A stretch of 62,202 nt of DNA, the filler included, from Nemertoderma westbladi (lineage: Eukaryota; Animalia; Xenacoelomorpha): NCBI GenBank assembly GCA_032718475.1. It is 3 parts of 3 records of this genome, joined end to end, with 100 filler letters (N's around TTAATTAATTAA, not from the genome) between each part and the next. Parts side by side here need not be neighbours in the genome. Positions count along the whole stretch, not along the records: positions 53,244 to 62,202 come from JAUCBJ010008597.1; 2 more parts are not named here. The stretch is one strand, 5' to 3'. The position numbers and the translations under genes are program-made. The notes below the pieces were generated by a model. It was not told where the DNA came from. It saw only the letters and a program-made list of their open reading frames with translations, and made no database searches. Below are positions 53,144 to 62,202 of the stretch, piece after piece (the first letter of the stretch is position 1; each line of letters opens with the position of its first letter).

Positions 53144-53243
53144 NNNNNNNNNNNNNNNNNNNNNNNNNNNNNNNNNNNNNNNNNNNNTTAATTAATTAAN
53201 NNNNNNNNNNNNNNNNNNNNNNNNNNNNNNNNNNNNNNNNNNN
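53144..53243. other. Assembly gap with TTAATTAATTAA linker
   Basis: N-run, linker, N-run. Confidence 0.97.
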
Positions 53244-53927
53244 GATCCTCGCGGACGGTATTCACTGTTCAAGATCTAGTGCTACCCTAACAATTAATCG
53301 GTAACACTCCGACAGTGATTTCTAGCTAGCCGCCCATCTTACCTAGCCGGATTATGACGCAGACACCTAATATCACTATCCAACCGTATGGTCGTCCCGT
53401 TTAACGCGATACAACCCTTCATCAAGGTGAAGGAGAGCGTTGTACGAAACGAGTTAAACGCTATTCTATAAAGATCAAAAAAGAAACCTGCGTTTGTTCA
53501 GATAAACGTAAGTTATAACAGTAAGTCCAATCGATAAACAAATTGGCCTTATCTCAGTTTGATTGGGAAATCTCGAATCTCAAAGAAGATATCAAGCTTA
53601 GAAAACCCTATTCTCTGCGAGAGTTTTGGACGAACGTATCCCATGACAAGCGGAGGAAAATCAGCTCGAGGAGAAGCATATCGAAATGGACGAGACACCG
53701 ACCGTAAACCCAAACCTTCTAATGCAATCATATTGCACCCTTCACCCAGGAGTTATGGCCCTCCTAGTAAAGTGGCTTCCCCCAAAGAGAAAATGACTCT
53801 TGCTAGCTTTAAAAAACTGCGTAAACGCCGTCCGCGCAAGAAAGACTAACTGTTTAGAGTATTTATGTATATTAGAAATTGTGATTTTGTATATTTTATA
53901 GACTTAAATCCCATTTTCTGGGAGCGG

Positions 53928-55158
53928 TGTAAAAGCTTTTGTGGGATAACTGATTCGTTTGCCTTGTTGGCCAGTTCCCCCCCGGTCGCTAGAATACTCT
54001 AAAGGGATCTATAGCTAAAAATAGTGCAAGCTACCAGCTTATTGGCTGATTTGCTGTACGCAGGTATCTGGGCTCTGTTTAATCGGCCAACCAGCCTAGG
54101 GAGGTTGCGTCATAGCCTTGTTTTTGTATCTCCCAATAGAATTTGAGTTAGCCTTGATTTTGACCTATCACAGAGCTACTGAACTGAAATTTTCCTATCT
54201 CACTGCTCTTTCTCTGTGTTGAACGGGAGCTTCGTGGAATAAGGGTAGTTGGTATCCTCGTATAGAGTAGTAGTCACGAGTTTTTCAAAGCCACGAAAGA
54301 ACGGCTTTTTAGTGTTTTGTGCTTTCTGCTTTTTAGCTCAACACTAGTAGGTTTAATTATAAGGACATATATCCTTTAACTGGCGGCTGTGAATATCACT
54401 CTGCAATTTCGTAATCACTGGCGGCTGCAACTGTACACGGCTTTTAATAACTGCTGAAACTGCTAAAAATTACCTGCTCAATCAATACTGTATACTGCTA
54501 TTTGTTGTCGGTTATTCATTATATTTGTTGATGAATTATTATATTGGAATAACGAGAAATAACCCCGAAAACCCAATATTCTTGATATACCGAAGGTAAG
54601 AGAGAAAGGTTACCAATAACGATTGTGACTTATGTTAAAGTGGTTTGAAGTGAATCTAATGTTATTTGATAGACCCTACATGAGTCAGTCTGTGTTCCTT
54701 TTATATGTGACTAAAATCAGTGAAGATTGGCAGATTAGTGTGCAGTATTGTGCAGCATTGTGTATGAGTGAGTCTGTTAAAGAAGCAATTCCTAAAGAAT
54801 GCGCCATATATGTGAATTATAATTAAGCCATATCGTTGTGAGTAGTTTAAGTCATAACTCTGTTTATATAAATAAAGCGCCACGTCCTAAAGGAACTGTT
54901 AATATTCCCGAAGGTGAATAATATTGTCAGAGATTATATAATACTGTCAGTCGAATAATACATTAGGCTTACATAGCAATAAAATTAAACCGTCGAACCC
55001 CATCTCCCAGGAATATCCAGCGGGTGAATGATCGCGCACAGATTGGTTTCGACTAGTGTAGTGAATCAAATACTTGTCATAGGCTAAAAAGCGATTTAAT
55101 ATCTAGAAGACATCTTAATTTGGCGGGTTAAACTGCCAAAGGTCTGAAAGCGTGAACA
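53928..55158 (+). repeat. 3' LTR (1231 bp) of a second copy of the BEL/Pao family
   Basis: TGTAAAAGC...GTGAACA, preceded by purine tract GGGAGCGG; inverted match to 28279-29479. Confidence 0.9.
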
Positions 55159-57260
55159 ACAATCACCTTGTAAAGGAAAAGATACAGCACAACTTACGAC
55201 ATGCTGCAATGAACCATAGACATGACCCACACAAGTTCTGGGACTTCTTCAAGAAGAAAGGGCCGTAAAGAATACCGAGATCCGTACAGGAATCGATGAC
55301 AAACTCACATATCTGTTCGGCTAACATGAACCACAGCACAAATAGTAAAACACAAACGGACACAATTAGAATGGAAGTTCTAAAATTGAGTCAACAGGAG
55401 AGCATTCCTACAGTGTCACCAGACGTAATTAAACTAGCGGTGAGGCACTTGGCCAGGCGAAAGTCTCCAGATATAAACTCTCTGATGGTTGAACACCTGC
55501 TCCATACTGATCCAGACAAAACAACACTTCTACTAAGTAATATACTCAACTGTTGCTTCCGGCTTGGTAAGGTTCCAACGACATTTGGAAAGACAACCAC
55601 AACGTACATCTACAAGGGCAACAAGAGGAATACATTACAACCGAACTCGTATCGACCAATTTCCATTGTCAGCCTACTCGCAAAGGTATATGAGTACACT
55701 GTACTGAATAATTTCCTCACAGAGGTCAACACACAGAGACTCACAAGTAACTACCAATGTGGATACAAAAAAAAGGCTGGGACTGACATGGTGATTGCTT
55801 GTATACTGGAATGTATGGAATATTTCAATCAGAGTGAATCACCGCTTTACATTTGCAAACTCGATATATCATCTGCATTTGACGAAGTAAACCACAACAT
55901 TTTATTCAATAAATTGAAAGGCAAAATTAACTCTCACATACTTCTAACCCTCATTGATTACTACTCTGTCTCCATGATATACCTCAAGTTTAACGGAATC
56001 ATTTATGACGGTCCAATTGAAATTTATAAGGGGGTTAAACAGGGATCACTATTATCACCAACACTTTTTAATATCTACACCTGCAATATTCTCACGAAAA
56101 TAGAGGAGTCTGGACTAGGTTGTTGGATTACATCCACATGGTTAGGAGCACTATGTTACGCTGATGACATAATTTTGTTAACTACCACTCAATCAGACAT
56201 GGAGTCAATGGTTAGCATCGCGATATCGGAAGCAAACACCTTAAACTTGAAAATTGAACCCTCTAAATCCAACTGGATGCACACATCACAAAAATCTCCG
56301 ACAACTTTCATCAAAATTAATGGTGTACTGGTCCCTGAGTCAGACTCAATTAAATTTTTGGGTGTGGAAATAACCAAAAACAAGTTCAATAATCTCTCAA
56401 GCAAATGCATCAGGGTGATATCCGCGATAGCTGGAGCTTTCCATAAAAATGGATGGTCAGTACGAAACCTGGACATCGACACCGTGGCTTACCTCTGGAG
56501 AATGGTTGCCATACCTGCCATCCTATATGGTCTTAAGTTCTACATAGGAGGGATGTCAGACACACAAATACATCATCTGGAGGTGCATTACCGCAAACAA
56601 CTTCGGGGACTTACTATCCCTGGGGACGTACGTAAACAACACAACCATTTACAACCTATTTAACTCCAACTCACTTTCTAACCTGGCCCTAACTCATGCC
56701 ATAGGGACTTTAATCAACATATATAAATGTCCCATTCCACCGGTTCAAACCACCCTACTTATCACCATGCAACTGAATAAACGACGGATATATAAAGGAG
56801 TCGGCAGTGCCTATCACCTAACCAGCAGTAGGTGTGCAATGCCGGCGCTAATGACAATGCTGACATCCAGATTTGATAAAAAAAGAATTGCATCTCGTCT
56901 TGACATGGGAAAATAAACCTGCCTGGAGACAATTAACTTGAATTTCATTAGGAACACTTATAAGATCTCAAACATCACTTTCAACCAAAAACACGACAGG
57001 ATCATACAGTATTTCAGTAAACATAATGAACTTCTGAACGAGGACCCAAATGAAACAAACTCACCGATTTTTAATACCCAATAATGTAAATATAAACCTG
57101 ATTTTAATATGAAATGCCTCTGTGCCTAGCACATTTTAAGATGTTGAATTGTACTTATAATATTATGGGTTTTATGTCTACAATAATTGTTAATATTGTA
57201 ATTTGTAATTTGTCATTTTATATGATCTTATATTATATTGCATATATTATATAATAAATA
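55159..57260 (+). mobile_element. RTEX-like LINE, RT and 3' part, cut at its 5' side by the LTR
   Basis: 455-aa ORF 55296-56663 with YRPISIVSLLAKVYE, LDISSAFDEVNH, GVKQGSLLSP and YADD; degenerate C-terminus and AT-rich 3' UTR. Confidence 0.82.
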
Positions 57261-57271
57261 ATATCCATTAC

Positions 57272-57411
57272 TTGGCCCTATGATTGGCCCAACTCATCGT
57301 TCCATATGTTGCACGCACCTCATTGGCTTATCTAATTTAATCAAAACGAAAATAAATAGCCCAAAAATGCAAATTCTCGACCGGGATTCGAACTCGTAAC
57401 CTACTTATAAT
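57272..57411 (-). mobile_element. 3' part of a SINE family A copy split by a LINE insertion
   Basis: Reverse-complement match to ~3523-3662. Confidence 0.8.
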
Positions 57412-57561
57412 TTTATTTATTTATTTATTTATTTATTCCAGACAATATATTTATATATCAATATAATTATTAATTACATACACGTCATCCATATTCTACA
57501 CTAGGGCCTAAAATATTAATTACTAAAAGGAATGCACAAAAATGGTATTATTAACAAATTA

Positions 57562-60399
57562 TCAGTATAACATTGAGGAATCTAACATCGATCTCATTCT
57601 TGAACAGTGCTGTGTTCCCACGGCAACTGTTGATACTAGATTATTAGTGGTAGCATCAATCCTATTAAATAAATTGACTATGGATTTATGACGCACATGG
57701 ATAAAGCACGGCAAGCTGTGCACACCAAAAAACAGCGACATACTACCGCGTACTGGTAATGAAAATAGCAATCGAGCAGCACTGTTGTAAGCAACTTTGA
57801 TACGATTATGAACAGAGTGCAAGTAATTATTGCGCGACCACAAGGCGTTGCAATATACCGGAGTTATAAACGACCTAAATAATTGTACTTTAACAGAAGT
57901 TGAGCAGGATTTAAATTTACGCATCAACATGTTACCTCGAGCATAGATGCCACGTGTGGCCTTCCTAATATCGAAGTCATCGTCTCTGGTGTCATGTATC
58001 ACGTGACCTAAATAAGTAAATTTAACTGCACGTTCAATCTGTATGCCATATAAGTACATGGGAGGAAACATACAAAATGAGTCCTTAGCTACAAAGTACA
58101 TAACCTTTGTTTTCTTTATATTGAAAATAATATTATGTAATTGTGAATATTTAAAACAATTATCAATCAGCCGTTGTAGGCCAATAGCAGAGTTCGATAT
58201 TAGGCAAATATCATCTGCGTACATTATGTGATTGAGTCTAGTCCCATCTAACATACAGCCAACATTTGTATCAACTAAACTGAAACTAAGGTCATCCATA
58301 TACACATTGAAAAGATATGGTGATAATATTCCACCCTGTTTTACGCCATTTATCACAGTAAAAGATATTGATTTCGTCACGCCCCATTTAACACAAAGCG
58401 TTTGGTTGCGGTACCAAAAAACAATTACTCTTATAATAAACAGGGGTATCTTTCTGTCAATCAATTTGCGAAATAAAATATCGTGGTCTATCCGATCAAA
58501 AGCCTTGCTCGAATCTAGAAAACAGACATATACACTAGAAGAGTTGTGCAAATAAAAATCAATAATTTCCTTTAGTGTATATACACATAAAACAGTACCA
58601 CTGCGGCGTTTAAACGAGAATTGATAGTCACTAGTAATTAAATAGGATTCAATACGAGAAAATATCACATACTCGAATACCTTACTTAGTAAAGTCGCAA
58701 TCGCAACTGGTCTATAATTGGATTTATCACATAGAGGACCATTTTTATCTTTAATAATGGGAATTATAACGCTATGTATTATACTTTCAGGTATGTACCC
58801 ATGAACGTTCATAGAACTTAACAGTATCGATAAAAAAGTATTGAGCCGAATGCTATTGCTGTACACAAAATGCTCAGCAGCAATACCATCTGGTCCAACC
58901 GCCTTTCCTAATTTTAAATTTGAGATTGCACAGCTAATCTCAGATGGGCTGATAATCATATCACTACAATATAATAAATCTTCTACAAACGACCTGTTGG
59001 ATTTACTTTCGTCTGAATTAACATCACAACAATTTAAAAGATTACAATATTCCTGCTTAAACATATTACCAATCAACTTCTCACCAACTGCACCACTAAC
59101 TACATTTGGTAACGGCACCGCACTACTATTTTCTTTTTTAACCGAATTCCAAAAAGTGGAATAATCTTTCTTAATTTCGGCCTCTGCAATTTTATTGCAC
59201 CGAATTACTTTTTCATTTCTTTTACATTGACGCAAACAGCGTTTAAAATCGGCCTTTGAAAATAAATAGCGCCTGTGCAGCTCCCCCTGTCGGGGTGATC
59301 CTGCACCACGCCACATTTTAAAAATACTTCGACATAAATCATATTTTTCTTTTACAATGTCGTTCCATCCTGGAACATTGTGCTTATTAAAACTGTCACC
59401 AGTGAGTTTAACCGGAATAGTTTTAGCGGCACAATCCAACACAACTTCGGAAATTGAGTCCCAAAAGTTAGACATATCTTGATGGTGGTCCTTACAGTTA
59501 GCATTTGCACATTTAACACCACTAGGAATAACAATATTACGTAATGAGGCCTCTACACGATTACTGTAGTTCACCAGATTATCTGGGGTAGCTGACCCCC
59601 ATTGAGGAGAACGCACAGTACTTCGTGACTTGGGTGCCTCCTCACAATGAATATAATCCGCTACAATTACGTCTAATGAAAATGTAAATGGCATATGATC
59701 ATCAATACTTAGATCATAGAGTATATCAATGTCTTGCACCGATAGTTCTATGCTACTTGAACAAATAACATGGTCCAGCCATGAGGTTGAGCCATGAGCT
59801 GGACTAACGAATGTGAAACTATTTGGTGGTAGTCTCATAACATCCGCTATAGAGAGATTTAATTCTTGACACCATTCAGATAAATCCATATAAAAGGACT
59901 TTCCTGGCGATGCGTTAAAATCCCCACAGATGCAGTACTTGCTAGTTGGTGCTGTATCTATTATTGACTGTATTTTACCAAGATATTCACTATATAAATC
60001 ACGATTATCTATATGTTGATACGGCAAATAAATATTCAGCATCAAAACTTTGGAGCCATCATTTAGATTAATGTAAAAACAGATCAATCTATTGTCCTCA
60101 CGTGGTAAAAATTCAATGCTATTAAGAAATTGTTGTCTCACAAGAACAGATAGTCCCCCAAATGGGCGACCTCGGAGGAAACCATTCGTTAGGTCGACTG
60201 GCGAGCTACTATATGACAAGAAATTACAATCAATTGTCGCTAAAAAACCAAGTTCATTCTCAGGAATCATATGTTCCTGCAATAGAACTATATCAGATGA
60301 AGAACATAGTTGTTTAACTGTTGCAAGAGAGTCGGCTGTCCGAACAGAATTGCAGTTATATGAAGAGATTCTCAGTTTATTAATATTGTTTGAAGCCAT
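57562..60399 (-). CDS. LINE ORF2: AP endonuclease plus reverse transcriptase, 945 aa, uninterrupted
   Basis: YNCNS, LLQEH, GRPFGG, GDFN, SWLDH, DH; YRPVAIA, FLDSSKAFD, GVKQGGILSP, YADD, YLG. Confidence 0.95.
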   Translation of the reverse strand: MASNNINKLRISSYNCNSVRTADSLATVKQLCSSSDIVLLQEHMIPENELGFLATIDCNFLSYSSSPVDLTNGFLRGRPFGGLSVLVRQQFLNSIEFLPREDNRLICFYINLNDGSKVLMLNIYLPYQHIDNRDLYSEYLGKIQSIIDTAPTSKYCICGDFNASPGKSFYMDLSEWCQELNLSIADVMRLPPNSFTFVSPAHGSTSWLDHVICSSSIELSVQDIDILYDLSIDDHMPFTFSLDVIVADYIHCEEAPKSRSTVRSPQWGSATPDNLVNYSNRVEASLRNIVIPSGVKCANANCKDHHQDMSNFWDSISEVVLDCAAKTIPVKLTGDSFNKHNVPGWNDIVKEKYDLCRSIFKMWRGAGSPRQGELHRRYLFSKADFKRCLRQCKRNEKVIRCNKIAEAEIKKDYSTFWNSVKKENSSAVPLPNVVSGAVGEKLIGNMFKQEYCNLLNCCDVNSDESKSNRSFVEDLLYCSDMIISPSEISCAISNLKLGKAVGPDGIAAEHFVYSNSIRLNTFLSILLSSMNVHGYIPESIIHSVIIPIIKDKNGPLCDKSNYRPVAIATLLSKVFEYVIFSRIESYLITSDYQFSFKRRSGTVLCVYTLKEIIDFYLHNSSSVYVCFLDSSKAFDRIDHDILFRKLIDRKIPLFIIRVIVFWYRNQTLCVKWGVTKSISFTVINGVKQGGILSPYLFNVYMDDLSFSLVDTNVGCMLDGTRLNHIMYADDICLISNSAIGLQRLIDNCFKYSQLHNIIFNIKKTKVMYFVAKDSFCMFPPMYLYGIQIERAVKFTYLGHVIHDTRDDDFDIRKATRGIYARGNMLMRKFKSCSTSVKVQLFRSFITPVYCNALWSRNNYLHSVHNRIKVAYNSAARLLFSLPVRGSMSLFFGVHSLPCFIHVRHKSIVNLFNRIDATTNNLVSTVAVGTQHCSRMRSMLDSSMLY

Positions 60400-60507
60400 T
60401 TTGAGATATTTAATCGAAAAAATATTAAAAATATAAGTTATAAAATTATAATAAGGATTTATAATAAATATTTATATAAAGGGAGTTATAATAAAAACAA
60501 TTTAACC

Positions 60508-60545
<38 letters not shown>

Positions 60546-60579
60546 TTGATTTATAAATTACCCTGTACTGTTACCACTC

Positions 60580-61013
60580 TCATCTGAATGAGGGATGGAT
60601 GGAACGATAATGGTTGACTTGCTCCGATGCCAGAATTACTGAGACATCCGGAGTGGCCTTTTCTTTATCCCCTGCCTCCACACTTTTCACCGATTTTGAC
60701 GATTTACCCGGTCGAGACCCATACCATTCGAATTCCCGTATATCTGTATCGCTGTATTTCGGCCAACTATTGGGTTGAAGGAGAATTTCCTTATCCGAGT
60801 CTTTGCACCATAACTTGAACGAAGCATGTGTCACAATGTCGTCCTTTGTTAGTTTCTTTCAACCAACCTCTAGGTTATGTTTCTTTTTTACCCAATTCTG
60901 GATTCCGTCCACATTGACACCCGCACTAACCCCTGTTAGGAAGAGGTTGATTTTGGGTTCCACTGTTTCGAAACCGAAATCCTCGGACTGTGACGACCCG
61001 TAAACAAATGGTT
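60580..61013 (-). pseudogene. LINE ORF1 C-terminal remnant
   Basis: NLFLTGV...HASFKLWC...LLQPNSWP with one in-frame stop; same motif layout as 6902-7200. Confidence 0.65.
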
Positions 61014-61060
61014 TTATAATGTAACCAACGCCTTAACCATCTGACCACTGCGCCAATAGA
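61014..61060 (-). mobile_element. 5' part (box A) of the split SINE family A copy
   Basis: GTAACCAACGCCTTAACCATCTGACCACTGCGCCAATAGA is the reverse complement of 3482-3522. Confidence 0.85.
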
Positions 61061-61634
61061 GTTACTTGTTGTTCGCTAACGTCGCAAAGATACGCATTTA
61101 TTTTTCTTTGTTTTTGAATATGATCATGTTTATGTACTATTCCGTCTTTATTTCCTTTTACCCATTTATTATTATTATTACCGCACGTTTATTTGCTAAT
61201 TATCTCTTTCGTATTTATCCCAGTATCACTTTCATTGATCTTTCATTTGTTCTATAATTGTTTACACTACTTTCGTATTACTTTGTTTCCGTTATTTCAC
61301 ATATTTTACCTTTACATAATCACTTTTACATACTTACCCTGACCCGTGCTTGTTCCGTCTCCCAGAAAGTAATTTTGTAAGTAATTCAAATAGTCCCTAA
61401 TTAACAAACATTATAGTGATATTTTTTGATTTGAAAGCTGTCATTGATAAAACTTCAGTCTAGATTTGTTTCTTATTGGAATATTTTACACCTTTGTACT
61501 ATACCTTTCATTCTTGCTGATCTAAATGTTCGAACCTTTATTTGATTCTCGGCCAATTTAATAAATAATAGCGTAGATATCATCCTTTGACCCTGAGACG
61601 CTTGACGACGTCAGGCAGTCTTGTGGTTTTCATA

Positions 61635-61773
61635 AGTAGGCTGCCCGTGATCCTCTTACAAGGCTCTCGGCGGGCTAGCTGACCATTATACAGTATATTA
61701 GTATCTCATCAATCATTTCTCAGTAGGCTGCCTGTGATCCCTTAACAAGGCTCTCGGCGGGTTGGCTGACCAT
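61635..61773 (+). repeat. Two 52-bp GC-rich direct repeats (87-bp period)
   Basis: AGTAGGCTGCC(C/T)GTGATCC...AAGGCTCTCGGCGGG...GCTGACCAT at 61635-61686 and 61722-61773. Confidence 0.8.
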
Positions 61774-62202
61774 ATCACACATCAAATTAATATTTCATTT
61801 GGGCGAGAGTCAGATATTGGTTCGTGTACATTTCTGACAGCGAAGATCACCCCCTCTCTATCCATCCACATTGTAAATTAATTAATACATCACTGCTCTA
61901 ACCAATCAAAATAGAGATTCACTTCACACCTTTTCCAATGATAAACACAATCTAGCTTTCCTGATTGACCTCTCAATTATCCCCATCCCAAGTAATTCAG
62001 CTTTCAATCTCTTTAAATATCAAATTGCTCTTCATTCTATGCCTTTTTATATTTCTGGGTGACGCACAAGATTTTTTACCGCTCTACAACCGTCCATCTC
62101 TTATATGTCGGTTATACATCCGTTCAATTTACCGCTCCACAACTTTTGCTTTATTTCTTTCGAATGTTCTTTATTTTTCCCTATTTTTTATCGTTTCCTT
62201 GA

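Larger units (their letters stand above)
57412..61013 (-). mobile_element. Young Proto2-like LINE, 5'-truncated within ORF1
   Basis: (TAAA)n tail at 57412-57436, TSD TTATAAT at 57405-57411 and 61014-61020, intact ORF2. Confidence 0.9.

Overview
AT-rich eukaryotic (invertebrate-metazoan-like) scaffold segment, dominated by nested transposable elements and split by two 100-bp gaps carrying an artificial TTAATTAATTAA linker. Non-LTR retrotransposons include two Proto2-like LINEs (one with an intact 945-aa APE-RT ORF2), RTE, RTEX-like and CR1-group copies. Also present are two ends of a BEL/Pao LTR family (1.2-kb LTRs, a very long Gag), a decayed ~970-codon triple zinc-knuckle ORF, tRNA-derived SINEs, MITEs, a Helitron remnant and several satellites. 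The ORF track misses three host exons on the minus strand: the first coding exon of a class A GPCR (36955-36801) and two phase-compatible acidic Ser/Gly/Glu-rich terminal exons (19167-19050, 15313-15139). The best candidate for an undescribed system is a complete type III hammerhead ribozyme (minus strand, 21140-21084) with complementary loops. It sits inside a non-coding ~479-nt unit whose adjacent inverted partial copy spans the unit's end-to-start junction, as expected for a circular or tandem RNA retroelement (retrozyme-like or Penelope-like). Clade assignments come from motif recognition only; no searches were run.
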